64,000 nt of DNA from Phoronis australis (lineage: Eukaryota > Animalia > Phoronida), in the NCBI GenBank assembly GCA_002633005.1, contig NMRA01000236.1:544968-608967 (forward strand), given 5' to 3'. Position 1 is the stretch's first letter. Each line of letters starts with the position of its first letter. A program made the position numbers and the translations under genes. This document shows positions 1-13,771 of the stretch, one piece after another. The notes beneath the pieces were generated by a model. The model worked only from the letters and a program-made list of their open reading frames with translations, had not been told where the DNA came from and did no database searches.

Positions 1-10
1 AATTTTGCAG

Positions 11-192
11 GTGTTCAACAGGAGAAGCTGCAGGACTTCCTGTCCAAACTGCTGGATATTCCGAGTGACGTGCGCATCAAAATGCCAGCTGTTCAGAATC
101 TACCAGAGCCGGCGAACATGCCAGAGACTTATAAGATAAGGCTTGCCCTGGCCAACGAGCATGGTTATGAGGTTGAACGTCTCGAGAGTTAA
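11..192 (+). CDS. Terminal coding exon of an unidentified gene that starts upstream of the window
   Basis: Acceptor ttttgcAG at 9-10; open frame VQQEKLQDFLSKLLDIPSDVRIKMPAVQNLPEPANMPETYKIRLALANEHGYEVERLES* ending TAA 190-192; GC-richer than the flank; AATAAA at about 289 and 442. Confidence 0.7.
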
Positions 193-2097
193 CACTGGGC
201 ATCAACTTAAGTGGCATCAGGAGTTGTTTTGTAGAATTTTGATCTAAGTATTAAAGCTGCTGAGTATGGTAAAGTTTCCTCAAATTCGAATAAAAGTAAT
301 AGGAATAATTGCAAGAATTGATTTTTTTCAAATGTTCACTGTATTGCTAAAAAAGTCCTAAATTTCGTCATATTAGTTGATGGCACCTGTAGTATATAAG
401 TGAAATTCTCTTCTTGTTTACTCTTGTTGAAAAACTGATGAAATAAAATTTTACTGTTACGCCATGTCTATCTTGAAGATTCTTTACCATACGTGCTTTC
501 TGTTAAAAAGTATTAATTTTTGCTTTAGGCTCTTTACTGTACCATTATACAGTTGGTCTTGACCTATTTCTACACAGATTGGAAGTAATTTCAGCGCTTG
601 GGAAAAAGTCCATCAGATCATTATTGCTGGATGCTGGAAAGCATGCTCTATAGGTCACGTTGATAGGTTTTGTATCATTTTACACTCCCAAAGACCATGT
701 TTGGTACCATAATTAACCCAGAGTGCAAGTTCCTAGCAGCTGTAGGTTTTGTGTGTGTAATTAGGGAGACAATTGGCTTCTTTATTCATTGGTGCGCTTG
801 CACTGTTGTATCTTATCAGAGATGAGGCTATAATTGTGATTCAAAAGGAACTATTAATGTTAAGGTGTCGCATATAATATTTGAATTTTAATTCAGCTCC
901 AGGATTGGAGTGAGTAAATGACCGAATGAATATTAAAATGTCTAAAGTTAGCTCCATCTGTTGGGTGTATGTTAAGTACAGCTCTGTTAAGTAATAGTCT
1001 TCCTGTGTTACCAACTATGAAATTTCTTTAATAACCCTTAGTTCTATTACACTATGTGTTTTCAAAATCATTGATGATCAAAGAATCCACTTGAGAGCAT
1101 TTTTTTCTCAAAATTCGTGATTTTTCATAGAGATTCATTATGTATTTTCTACAAACAAGAATTTTTGTATGAAATCCACAAACTCTGTTTCTTTACTATA
1201 TTTGCCACAAACGTATCCCTGGGATATTTGTTTAAAGTCGTTTATCCCTAGGGCTTAAGGAATATTGGTGTCTTCATTTTTAACTGCGCAGTTCTCGGTC
1301 TTAAAAGAAAATCGCAGGCACACTTGTGTAGGTAACAGAATAAAGAAACAGAATTCCAGTTTCATGCAGAAAAAATCGTGTTTGTGGAAATATGTCTGTT
1401 CAGGTTTGCACCGAAGTTCAGTTGTTCAATCGGCCCGTAATTTTCTAAAAATTTTAAGCACCCGTCTTCAGTTGTGCTCTGCTTAAAACTCATCCACAAT
1501 CAAAATAATGTCATCATTTACCTGTTTTGTGGCTGTGTTGCTACAGCTCAAAGACAATTAGAAGTGGGTTTTGTCACCTGAAAGTGTTGGCCAAAAATGT
1601 GCGTATTATGTTTTTATTGACATTTGAGGACAATGTGTAGCTTTGCAAGTCAAGTGCTCAAGTCTGTTTTATGTTCATTTTTGTACTGTTTATTATTTTT
1701 ATTAATTTATTTTTTATTTATTGTCTCCTGTTTCACTTGGGATCTTCTGTTTTTGTGCACTTTCATTAAGTACCCTGCTTATATACACGTCGCCATTGAA
1801 GACAAAACGGTCTAGGCAACGACTGCCATGAGAAATATACCATAAAAAGATTTCACTTGAGCTTCTGTCACTTGGGATTGAAAGCTTGAGGCCCCTCGTG
1901 GATCTGCCATTGTTAACACAGAAATGTAATTATAATAAATCCTGTTGTCATCACATCCAGTTCCTTTTAGATTTAAAAATCTTTTGGTGAAAATTCACCA
2001 ACCTCGAGCCTGTTTACATTCGACACATCATTTTGGTTGGTCGTTTTAGGTGCTGCAGTGTTTTTAAAAATGAGCGCTTGGATGTTACAGTCATGAA

Positions 2098-2217
2098 GGG
2101 CACTTGCATATTTCGTGGCAGATGTCACTGGTACAGTCATGTACGCACCTGCATATTTCCTGGCAGGTGTCAGTGATACACTTGGTGGGCACTTGCATAT
2201 TTCCTGGCAGATGTCAG
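2098..2217. repeat. Three-copy minisatellite (about 45-bp period)
   Basis: GCAC(T/C)TGCATATTTC(G/C)TGGCAG(A/G)TGTCA occurs three times. Confidence 0.8.
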
Positions 2218-3748
2218 ATTTTGAAACAAGTGCACTTCTTGAGTGCACCCGATAGGGATGCCCGTTTGCTTTAATGCCTGAAGTTTGCCAAAAAAATGAC
2301 CGATTGAAGAGATGTGCCAATGTAAATAGGCTAGAGGTTAGGTGTAAATATACAAAGAGATTTTAGGCCCAATATTGCATAACCTCAAAGCAGATTTAAG
2401 AAATAAGTGTCCTACTATGTTGACGTAATATTCTCATGGTGCTCAATGCTGTGCTCTGGCTATGTTAAGACTGTCTAGCTGAACTTTGTCTAGGGTTGTG
2501 TTTGAAGGCAGTATCAAGAATAGATGAACAATTTTCTCTGCTTATGTACAAAGTTCTTGTCACCGTTAACATTTTCAGTGGTCATTAGTGAAGAATGGCT
2601 TTGGAGTGCTGGGATAGTGCTGATTTATGTTTGGGAGATAAGAAATTTAAGAATACTGTCCCGAAATATAGAATCTTGCAGAGCCAGTCCTAACCTTGTG
2701 AGAGCTATGAGGTAGACTTGACTGATCTCTTTTGCTGTCAACTGCATTTGTGTCATAGTCTTAAGAGACCTGGTCCTTGCAAATCGTAAAGACCTACTAA
2801 TTTCATTGGGCAATTTTGGCTTGGAATTGTGTTAGTGACTGGGGAAGACAGGTTGACTAAGGCTTTATGCCCATCTAGGTTACCTTCTTGTGTCGATACC
2901 TTTGAAGTGTTTTTTCAATGATCAAATTGTGCTGCTGACAATGAATAGTTTGACTTCTGTTTTAAAACTTATTTCCAGTGGGTGGCGCCAAACAGAGGGT
3001 AGTTAACATTCAGAAATTGTATCGGGATGTTTCATCTTATTGATTATGTTTTTGTTTTTCAGAAGACCAAGAACTTCGTACTGTATGAACTTAGGTTGTA
3101 TTTTATTTTGTAGTGTGATATAAATAAACACCATGTAATTAAATGAAAGCGTCATCAGTGTGAGATAACTAGGTCTTCTTACGTGTTTCATTTATTAAAT
3201 ACAAAACATAAAAGATGAAAAATAAATGGAGTTCAGACATAAGATATTAAGTATTAAATTACACATTCTTACAGAGTACATTATCTCGATTTCAAGTACA
3301 TTTTAGCCAAGTTTGGAATTCATGTATTGCAGTTGTCACAAGATTGCTTTGTCACTAAACAGCCAATAGGTGGCACAACTTGCATGTGTCATTTCTTCTA
3401 TCACATTACTGCTGGACTCCTTAGCCTTGCTCAATAACTTGGTCGAAACTAAACACTTGTGAAAACAATGTAAGTAATTTGATTACATAGGCTGAGTGTA
3501 ATCGTGAATTTCGCTTTTTGACTGGGCAGCCTGAACTTATTCGTAATGTGTTCACAGTTCAAGCTGACTTGTTTCTTAGTGCATGTGATCCCCGCTTTAT
3601 AAACATTGTCAAAATAAAAAGAATACTACAGATATCATTTTGAGCAAAACCAATCGGTCTCAGAATCGTCAAATGACGGGAGTCGCTAATATCCGTTGCT
3701 TGGAGAAAAGCACGCTTGGAGTGCGCAATTCGTCTTGTTCAAGTTCAC

Positions 3749-3948
3749 TCAGCAGCCGAGATTTGAAAACCCTGCGTGGATGATGTTGTATTCTTGTGGT
3801 GAAGAGATGGGAGTATTTATGGGTGATTTTCTCAGTTTGGGGTCCATGTATGCTGCCCTCTGGGTGGTCTCCCAGCTGTTGCTAATTTGTTTGGTCTTTG
3901 GTAGATCAAGTTCGGGTTGATGAGACTTGAATGCCCGTGGGTGACGTT
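3749..3948 (-). CDS. CFAP68: CFAP68 (C11orf1/UPF0686) ciliary protein, last coding exon
   Basis: Minus-strand acceptor tttatttttcAG; encodes (E)RHPRAFKSHQPELDLPKTKQISNSWETTQRAAYMDPKLRKSPI...LGC*, matching the conserved HQPELD motif; phase 1 fits the previous exon. Absent from the ORF track. Confidence 0.9.
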
Positions 3949-4761
3949 CTGAAAAATAAAATTAGCTCGCATTGGAGTGTAACAATAGCAGAGATAAAAT
4001 TAATACGATTTAGATGATGGTGGTGCCGCATGGCAATAATGAATCGCATGCATCACTATTGCACTGTAATATTGGAGATTTAAAGGGGCTTTATCATAAT
4101 TAGAGACTGACAAATGCTATTCTGAGATTTTTGTTGAATGGACTTTTTGAAAGGATTTGCTTTGACCAAACGATTAATCAACAAAGTTCGTTTTTTGTGA
4201 TTTCAATACAAATCGGTCGTTTAGTCTGCGAGGCATTCGTTGAAATCCAGGCCAATGTCTTTACCATTTGAATATGCATAATACACTCAGTACTATTTAA
4301 ATTACCTTTCCCCCGAGAATGTTCTTTTAAATGATAGCAGTAAGCCCAACACTTTGAAATATAACTGCAACACTAATAGAACTCTCACAAATAACTTCTC
4401 TTTTTATAAGCATTTACTATTTCTGATAGGTCGACTTGGTTTTGTACTGTGACGTTACTAACGGGCGGGGGATAACCTCAACGTCGGTATCAAATAAGGA
4501 ACTGCTAACCCAATCTTTGTCAGCATCCGTTACAAGCCACCAATTAGAGAATATACAAAACAAAAACGTGAAGTAAATCAAAGCAGGTATAAATTCTAGG
4601 TACATAGTTTACGGCATGGCGAGTCTGAAGTCTACGCCAAAACACTATGCCACAGGGTAACGAGGCTCTTTTCCAATCGATTTGTTTGTCCGGTGTTAAA
4701 TTGTCGGCACTTAAATTAAAAACTGCATTGTTGCTCCATTTATAAAACGCAGTTTATTTAC

Positions 4762-4849
4762 CTTTTAAGTTAATTAATTCTTCGGGTACTTTAAACGGAG
4801 GGTCTGTGTTGTAGCTAGCACCTTGTGTCGTCTCGTAGTAATGGCCGTA
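4762..4849 (-). CDS. CFAP68: CFAP68 coding exon 2
   Basis: tttgtttacAG|YGHYYETTQGASYNTDPPFKVPEELINLK+G|GTAAAT; corresponds to the FGHYFETTY segment of vertebrate C11orf1; 88 nt, phases 0/1. Confidence 0.9.
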
Positions 4850-5707
4850 CTGTAAACAAATACATGTACATAATTTGACGTTCAATACCGCTTTATGTCA
4901 GCGGTGTGCGTTCATGTGGCTCCATGCGCCAATTAACAGCGGCAGGACAGGTTATGAGAGAGTGTTTCACGTAATTAAAAGTACTAAAAATGGATTAAAC
5001 GCACAAATTAAGTAGTCCAGTTTAAAACATGTTGTTTGCTTGCACTTAATTTGTGAAGCGTTGAGCGCGGCCGGATTGAGGAGTATCCGGACTCGGTTGT
5101 TCAGGGGAAGTGTAGGAGATAGCGTTGCCCCAAATTGTCAGCCCCCGCGCGATTGCCTCCAATTTTGTCTCCCTCCAGGTCGCATACCTCCTAGCGCGCC
5201 CTGGCTTCCTCACTTGCATGCGCTTAAATGTGTTATCACAAAAGTTCCCGTGTTCCAAATTTTAATGATCATGTAGTTGTTTTTACAAACTACAGATATT
5301 GGTAAAACATTTCAGTTGTCGTTTTGAAATATTGCACTGAAATTCCAGCAACATGTTGTGATAACGAACTGATAGACAACTATAGAACTAGTATTTTCAC
5401 AATCGATGTGTTGCTGTTTGGCAGACGAGTCATGCAGATCGATTTTATGGTGAATGTCATCTTTCATAACTTACGTTACGTCGCCGTGGACATATTTTTG
5501 TCAGCTAGACTAGGATGCATGCCGTCCCAGATCTTAGTTGTTGAGCAAGATAACTTAAGTAGTTACTCGCGGTTCTCGGGAGCCCGGCCGTCAGTCGCAT
5601 ACCATATGATTAAGTTCAGAACTTCGTAGAATTTTTTTATTTTCAATTGAAAAATTTCAAAACAGTTTAGATACCAATTTGTGATCTTTTTCCAATTGAA
5701 CACTTAC

Positions 5708-5914
5708 CTGTGACGGAAGACGTTTTGCTTTCTTCTGCTCTTCGATGTCAAACCTATTTTCGCTCCAGTTTCCTATTAAAGTTTTATTGGAGTAACAGTC
5801 CTCTTGTGTTGTACATCTCCAACCGTACTGTGTAAATTTTAATTCCTCGTGTCCGTGGGTCCACACTTCACCTAACCCGGATGCTCTAACGAGCGATTCG
5901 AAGGGTACTGCCAT
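5708..5914 (-). CDS. CFAP68: CFAP68 coding exon 1
   Basis: MAVPFESLVRASGLGEVWTH...KFTQYGWRCTTQEDCYSNKTLIGNWSENRFD...LPSQ matches the GEVWT/QYGWRCTT/YSNxTLxGNW signature; donor CAG|GTAAGT; probable 5' UTR intron 5919-6025. Confidence 0.93.
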
Positions 5915-5974
5915 AATTCTGTCAAAAATCAACGCTAGCTAACCGCCTTTGCACAACCGACTGGGCTATTGAAC

Positions 5975-6440
5975 TAACTGGCAACAGCATTTCAATCAAT
6001 AGCCTCGCACCTGATGTTTGCTTACCTTGTTGCTCAGGAGATGACCCTTGACCTTTATGTCTTAACTGTTATACTTTTATGCATAAATTGTTTAAAAATA
6101 TCTATCTATCCATTAGAAATATTTGGGATTAGTACATTTTACAAAAATACTTATTTCTGTGCTTTAAACCATTGAATTACGGATTTACGGTAGACATATT
6201 ATACGCTTTGGTGCTGTTGATGTTCTTTTGTTGAATGCAACGCTACTTACAGCCTACCCTCTGACACAGCGCTACCTATCGTTTAGCACTGTGATAGAGT
6301 GTACTTACAGCCATTTATTATCTCAACTTCCGCTTCCGTGTTACAATCAAAAGCATGAAGTGAAGGTGATCTCCAGTATGCAGCATGCAGAATGCAGTAA
6401 TTAATTTAAGTATCGAAACGTCTGCTTGACAATCATTGAG
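5975..6440. promoter_or_regulatory. Probable bidirectional promoter for CFAP68 and archaemetzincin, with an RFX X-box-like site and tandem ETS cores
   Basis: Start codons are 530 bp apart head-to-head; GTTGCTCAGGAGAT (6029-6042) resembles an X-box; ACTTCCGCTTCCG (6326-6338) has two ETS cores. Confidence 0.5.
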
Positions 6441-6443
6441 ACG

Positions 6444-7253
6444 ATGTCATTGTTTCGTCGTTTATGTGTGAACAAAAACAATAATCACACACCAGCTCTT
6501 CGTCTTTTAGGTAAAACTGAGCGGCACGAAAGCAACGATGAACTCATTTGTAAATTACTGAACGATTCTTTAGATTTCCATAAGTACGCCCATGATACCA
6601 CATTTTGTGAAGGCGATGCATCAGTGGACGTCGAATCGCATATTGTTGGGAGTGGGAAAGATGCTCTTCCAATGCCTGTATTTCAGGTTTTGGACTCAAA
6701 CATCCAACTTAAGGGTGGACAAACGTTCAACATGTGGAAGGCTTCCTTGGATTTGACTTTCAGGCTTTATCAGCTGCGAAGAAAAAAACGAATCTTGTAC
6801 ATCCAACAGTTAGAAGATTTTCCCTCCTTTATCTCCACCTTCAGCTTCCATGAGCAAAATTTCACTGGTCTCTTGGCACAATTCATGAAATTGTTTTTTC
6901 TTGGATTCGATGATGTGATTGTTTTACCACAGCTAGACATCACACATAGCGTGTATGGGATTAGAAAACGTAGCCACCCCATCAGTGGAAGTCCACAATT
7001 ACTAGTCAGTGACGTTCAACAGTTAGTGCACCAAAGGAGACCAAGGAATGCTGTGTGTTTACTAGGCATCACGTGGACAGATCTTTATCCATGCGACGAG
7101 TTGAATTTTGTGCTTGGTGAAGGTTCGTGCAATTTGGAGAGTGCAGTGATGTGTTTTGGGCATTTTGATGCTAATGTACTGTTGCCCAGTTTCCAAGGAG
7201 TGTTGAAGGAAATACGTGAAGTTGATGGGTTCCTTTTATGGAAATTATTCAAG
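6444..7253 (+). CDS. AMZ2: Archaemetzincin (peptidase M54, AMZ2-like), exon 1
   Basis: GQTFxxW, LYIQQL, QLLVSD and CLLGITWTDLYPCDELNFVLGEG motifs typical of eukaryotic archaemetzincins; ATG 6444; donor AAG|GTAAAG, phase 0. Confidence 0.9.
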
Positions 7254-8617
7254 GTAAAGTCATAATAGCAGGCCAACTGCAATTTTAAAAACAACCTAGC
7301 GACAGTGTTTTTTACTATGTTCATGAGGAGACTCTGTGCCTGATTGCATGAAACAGTCCCAATAAAGACTATGTTCCTGAATTCCTAATGTTATTGAGAA
7401 TAAATGGTTTAGCTTTTCATGCATCATTCCGAGGACTTAGTCCCCGTTTATTTTCATTGGAATAAGGGGATCAGTTCAGATAAAAGATTGTCACAAAAAA
7501 GAGGGCTCACAATAAAGATAAAGTGATAGAATGGTTTAACTTTAGTGAGTAAACAGTCTTTAAATGCCCTGAAAATTCAGGGAACATAGTTAAGTCCCTA
7601 TTGTGACTGCTTCATGCAACAAGCCTCTGGACTTCCTTAACTCTGTATACCAAGTATGTTTGTAATTTTTGTGTTTGAAAATTTGTTCTGTTAATATGAT
7701 GGGTATAATGAAAGAGACCACATGTTAGCATGACATGGTTTGCTAAATTTATGTTGTTGGTGGAGTGAGATGAGAAAAAAAACACTTTGACTATCACTTG
7801 TTAAGTGCCAATTCATTGAATGACAGTCAAGTTGTCTATCTTTCAGTGGTGCTACAATTGTCATATAGTCACATACAGGGGTCACACATTTTGAGAACCA
7901 GTTCATGTTTGTTATTCTGTGGAATAAACTGGTTCTCAGTATACGGTCCCCAGTAAGTGACTATCAAAGTTATGGCAGTTTTGAAAAAGCCAACATTTAG
8001 ACAGTATGTAATGCACAAGTGCAGTGGAATGAGTATTGCCACTGACTGTTGGGCCAGTGTTACAGTGGCAAACTAATGTTTACATGAGTCCAGCTCTCTT
8101 ATGGTCTGTTTTTATCTGATAAGCTCAGGTAATCCAGCAATTATGTTGTAAACATTGCGCCTGACACTAACCAATATTTAAAAAATTTTGCAAATGGCTT
8201 TCAACAAATGTCGTGAAGTAGATGTGTCTTGTATGAAATACTTTCACCCAAAAACTTTGAATGGAGAAAAACGGATGACCTTCAGAGAAATTAAGACTTA
8301 ACTTTCACCTGTTGATTCCTTTGTGTGACTGTAGCTAGCTCTGACCAGCTTAACCACAGTATTGTGTACCAACAGAAAAGGCTTGCATGACAAGTTTAAT
8401 TGAGCGTGATTCTATATCAGATCAGTATAGTGGAAATTTCTTGACTTTTACACTCCAAGTGAATGGTGCACTGTGTTGAATGATGCCTTTTTAATGGCTA
8501 GTTTTCGAAGAAGAACCAGTCCCCCTAAATTGTTTTTAACTCGGTCTTGTCTGATACTTAATTTATTTTATTTGGTTTTAGTAATCTTAACTTTTATTTT
8601 TTGTTTTTTTATTTTAG

Positions 8618-8896
8618 GTGATGAGTCATGAGGTATGTCACGTGCTGGGAATACAGCATTGCGTCTACTTCCACTGCTTGATGAACGAGAGCACGTCACT
8701 GACCGAGGCCATGTCGCAGCCCTTTTTGCTGTGTCCAGTCTGTCTCAAGAAACTACGGAAAGTCTGCAAATTCGATGTAGTGCAGAGGTATCAACTTCTC
8801 AGGGATTTTCTCTCCACAATAAATGACACATTTCCATACTCTGGTTTCACTGAAGCTGTTTCAACAATGGATTCGTTATTACTAGAGGCTAAATGA
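8618..8896 (+). CDS. AMZ2: Archaemetzincin exon 2 (zinc-binding catalytic segment)
   Basis: Long polypyrimidine tract and AG at 8616-8617; HEVCHVLGIQHCVYFHCLMNES...LLCPVC is the HExxHxxGxxHCx4CxM...CxxC motif; spliced protein 362 aa. Confidence 0.93.
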   Translation: MMSHEVCHVLGIQHCVYFHCLMNESTSLTEAMSQPFLLCPVCLKKLRKVCKFDVVQRYQLLRDFLSTINDTFPYSGFTEAVSTMDSLLLEAK

Positions 8897-11800
8897 ATGT
8901 GATCTAATGTTTTTGAAGGATGTACATGGCTATAGTAATGTTTATTAAGTTATTGCTGAAATCTCAAGAATATATCTCTAACCTATGTCGGTACATTGAT
9001 TGACATCACAAGAGCAACCATTTAGTCACAGGATGCCATCTTAAACTATTAAATTCACCTGGAGCACCCTATTCACGCAGTCGTCATACTACAAAGAGCC
9101 TCCTTTTAGGTAATGCATTCTGTGCTTCATCACAATGCAAAACGTGATCTTTCGTGTTTTTGCTTTCTTTCACTTATGTCGCAAATGCATTTTTTTAACC
9201 TAAAAGGCTTTTAAAAAAGTGTCTTCGTGAATAAGGTCTGTTGAGCATTTCCAACGATTTCAATGTCATCCAGTGAAGTTTATCAATTTCTGCTGCAGCT
9301 GCTTTGTTGCTCAAATAATTTCAGTGATACTAATTTGAAGTGAACATTTGCACATTGAAAGCAACTCCCTTTATCTCATCACCCGCTGCATACGCAGGAT
9401 ACCAAGCATATATTGGTCCATTTATAAATTACACCTTCCACTGACAGGTCAAACTTAATTCTCAGATGGATTCAACGGGTAACCTTGGCACCAGTAGTTG
9501 TGTGGCAGACTTGAAAATGCGAAAATGTTAAAAAATTTTCTCCTTGTTTTGAGGTGACGGCTTGACTATTGTTAACTTAAGAAGTTAGATCAGCTTGTAA
9601 CTCTATTGTGCATGGAACATGTCATCTTACTGGCTTCACTCGCCAGTGACTAGCATTAATGACTGCAGTAAAACACCAGTAGATGGACAATGATAGACAG
9701 ACAGGGATTTGACATTTTAAGCTACCTGTAATAATCATTTTAAGCTCAAAGGTACATCATTGCTTTAGTATGTTAGGGTAGCTTTACATTAAAACCCTAG
9801 CTCTAATCTGTCTAGGTTATTGCCATGCTGTTAGTGTGGTGGTACAAGGGATAAAATTGAAGAACCTGCGTCGTTGTTTCATTATGAACGTGAATGACGG
9901 TAACGCAAAAATAAGTGTACCAATTTCGGATTGTAAATCGTTTATGTAACCATTGTAATTTCACCAAGAATAGTTGAATTTCTGTTAAATATTCAACATT
10001 CAAATTCATTATTTCCGCTAATAGTTGTCATGTGCGTGGATACAGTCATGCAACGTGAATAGTTATTTCACTGATCAGAGTCATAAGTTTTAAATTTGGC
10101 AATTCTTTGTTGAAAATAACTCATGGACCATTTTCTACGATGTTCACATAAAATGTGGACTCTTTTTAAAAACGATATAGATCATTTTTTGCATTAAAAA
10201 CGACTCGGGTCATCATTTAACGTTGAAAATGGTTGATTTTCTCCCGGAGTCAAAATTAATGCGTATTTGTTAATACTTGTTACCCGTGAGTTCAGTTTCC
10301 GATGTGTGCGTAGGCTTATTGGATTTGCATAGTGAACGAATATTGTAAAATTTCAACTAGTTCCACACTCCCGTACCTGCGCACAGTTCGTTCATGCGAG
10401 TTTCCAATAGCTCGTGATAAGTCCGTGCTGCCAGGAATGCGTAACTAGGCAATGCCTTCCTGGTGCTGCCTGTACTATGACCATTGTAGTCCTGGAATAC
10501 GAACTCCCGCACGTTTTGTATGTATTATTACCATTTGAGATTGTTTCTAAAATAATTTAATTTGTGCAATATTTACCTGTTGCGTAGTCGCCGTTTTTTG
10601 TAAATTCGATTTCTGAGAAGTAGACTTACTGTTATCTGTAGTATCAGGTGGTATTTGCCTAAACCTGCGAAATAATTTTTTAAAGAATGAAAAGTTTGCC
10701 TTCTAAAAGAACCCAGCCCAGTACTTCGTGTTGCTGACAACGTACAGTGTATTTCCCATTTGCCCCACTCTTGGCAGACAGTCCCACTTTTATTTTTTCC
10801 GACATCCCGCCACACCATCTAAATGTCCCGCTTTAATTTCCCATGCGACATCGCCATATTTTCCGGCTCGACTAAAGAGAAAAACGGGCCTTTTCTTGGG
10901 TTTTTGCGGCACCCGCAATTTACCGTTCAATTATAAAAAAACTGTCGGGCGTTTTGGGGTATTTTATCTGCCGTTCGACAAAAAACGCTGTCGGCACGCC
11001 TTTGTATGTTGCTACGAACATTTCACCCTTAGGTTTTGGCTTAGAACCAGATGTCCCGCTTTTCATACTGAAGTAAACTCGCTTTTTCAATCCAGTTGTT
11101 CTGTTTTTTCGTTCTTGACTGTTGACCGTGACAACTATGCAACAGGTGACCGTGTTCAAAATAACATTGTCTCTTTCTATGAATATTGTTATTTTCCAGA
11201 GTCTACTTTCCTTCGAAACACAACAATCCTAAAAATGTGTTCCAGTGTCTCTTGGTTTACAGTAACACAGTATAAGCATCAGGATCACTTACTTTTACTT
11301 TCTGAAGAAAAGACCTTATTTCTAAACGTTTATGGAAAATTCTATATTACAACCCATGTAATGACAGATGTTTGCCCATTGTTATCCATCTGAAAACCTT
11401 TATCTGCAAATTTCGGATGTATACTTCGAGTAGTTTATTGAATTTTTCGTAATTTTAACTGCATTCTTAATTTTTACTGAATAATTGTACCAAACGACAC
11501 AAAAGGTCCAATTGCTTATTACATATAAAGATGTTTAATTTAGGATGAAAGCCAACAAAATTATTCGCAGCAAGTGTCAGGGATCCATTTCTAGAATCTT
11601 TATGAGGTAGAAATATTTTGAATCATTGAAATTATTGACCTAGTGGCTTAACTATTCAATTATATAACATCTCTGGTTCATTTCCTATTTATGTTACTAC
11701 TACACCCTGTTATTTTTCACATTCAGGTAATTATATATCGTTTGCTGCTGATATAATCTTTATGCCATTAAGAACTGGTGGAAGGCTTTCTAATGATACG

Positions 11801-12519
11801 ACTCTCACGCAACTGGGTTGATAAGTGGCCGGGCGTTTTTGTGATAGTAAATTCCATAGCAATCCCAATTGCAAACAAATGCCAAGCGGCGCAACCTCAC
11901 CAGCGCAAAATCGACGTTGGCATTCCACCAGAGTTCTATCAAGGAGTGTAATGGTTGAGTGCTCTGGGCAAGAGCTCTATGCACGTGATATCAAGCCACC
12001 TCCATTAGCTACATTTTAGTCAAGTTGTCAATATTTTTTTCAAAGATCTGCAGCAAAAGCCTTGGCAAAGAAATCTTGCTTTGTAGTGTGTTTCATGTAT
12101 GACCTATGATCGCTGCCGAGTTGTGCTTGAAAAAAAGATCATGAAATTAGGTCAAATTGGAAGCTTGATATCAGGTTACTCGAACGGCACGGATGGGCCG
12201 CAAACGTTTTTCACTTAAAACATTCCTCACCCGCACCAAAGATGCCCGCACGCACCTGATAAACTCAGTTCATCCACTCAAAACAAGTGAAGATACACCG
12301 ACCGCTAACTCGGCTACGCACCGACCTCCAAACACGAAGCACGCAAACCGTGCGGCCTAGCTAACTCGATCCAGCTACGACCGCCACACTTTGCGTAGTG
12401 TGGATGCCGTAACAAGCTGCCCGGCACGGGGGGTCGGTGAGCTTTTTTATCAATCGGTGAAGTGAATTCATAGAGTCTGGAGTCGTGTTTAAAAGCGAAA
12501 GAGCTCCATTTTGGAGGAA

Positions 12520-13340
12520 GGAAAGGCTTTTTCGGGAATCGTGATAGGGTCGTTTTTGATCAAGGGCGTGATTCGGGAAATGAGGGCGAAAAATGCCGTG
12601 TTCGGAAATGGAGATTTATTGGGACTGCGATCAAAACGAATTTGACTCCGGAAATCAGGAAAATGGACAAAAAATGGAAACCGGGAATGAGACTCCCCTT
12701 TCGTCCTTTGTTTACGAGTACGGCAGCCGTGTTGTTCGGGTAGCCTACGTGTAGACACACATGCTTACGTGACGTTTCGCTGCGTTTGAAGACTATGCTT
12801 TTGACAAGTTGTCAATCCGGGGTTTGTTGCCGTTCACTGACCAGACCTGGGCTGCGTTGCGTAGAGTAAGTTTCTTACGACTAGAAAAGCGAGATCACGG
12901 AAAATTTTCATGTAAGAGCTGCATCACTCNGGAAAGGCTTTCTCGGGAATCGTGATAGGGTCGTTTTTGATCAAGGGCGTGATTCGGGAAATGAGGGCGA
13001 AAAATGCCGTGTTCGGAAATGGAGATTTATTGGGACTGCGATCGAAACGAATTTGACTCCGGAAATCAGGAAAATGGACAAAAAATGGAAACCGGGAATG
13101 AGACTCCCCTTTCGTCCTTTGCTTACGAGTACGGCAGCCGTGTTGTTCGGGTAGCCTACGTGTAGACACACATGCTTACGTGACGTTTCGCTGCGTTTGA
13201 AGACTATGCTTTTGACAAGTTGTCAATCCGGGGTTTGTTGCCGTTCACTGACCAGACCTGGGCTGCGTTGCGTAGAGTAAGTTTCTTACGACTAGAAAAG
13301 CGAGATCACGGAAAATTTTCATGTAAGAGCTGCATCACTC
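12520..13340. other. 410-bp direct duplication around a single N (contig-overlap artefact)
   Basis: 12520-12929 and 12931-13340 are identical except for three substitutions; N at 12930. Confidence 0.85.
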
Positions 13341-13771
13341 ACTTCCACCATTTTGTACCGGCGCTAGCGCATTGTAATGTTAGGATAGTTTTAGGAGCGC
13401 AATCGGCACAGACACCATGAGCGCGTTCATCAAATAAAGCTATCTTATCGTAAGGCTGTTATTTAATTGCTTAAAGCGGCAGATAAACCCGCGTTGTGTC
13501 CAAGAGGCGAACTTTTGATTTATATCACTTACAAGTATAAAATTGGTCTCAATTTGTTCCTTACTCAGATGAGAATTGATTTCTCTGTTTGCAAAAAACG
13601 AACAGTTCGTTATTCCTCGAGACCATGCTCGACGCATAACGATGACACGCCGTTACAAGTCAGTTTGTGGAGCTTGACCATGGCATCAAGCAAGAACGAA
13701 CCGACAGTTCTTTCGCAGCCCTGAATTCGTATCCCAATTTGCCAGGGGAACAATTTGAGCCAATAGCTTAA

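Noticed and set aside
10728-11393. 221-aa ORF
   Set aside because: No ATG start, Phe/Cys-biased composition, no motif or splice support; probably repeat DNA.
12489-13340. Duplicated small ORFs (MSTRRLPEQ...)
   Set aside because: Produced by a contig overlap around N 12930; no recognisable motifs.
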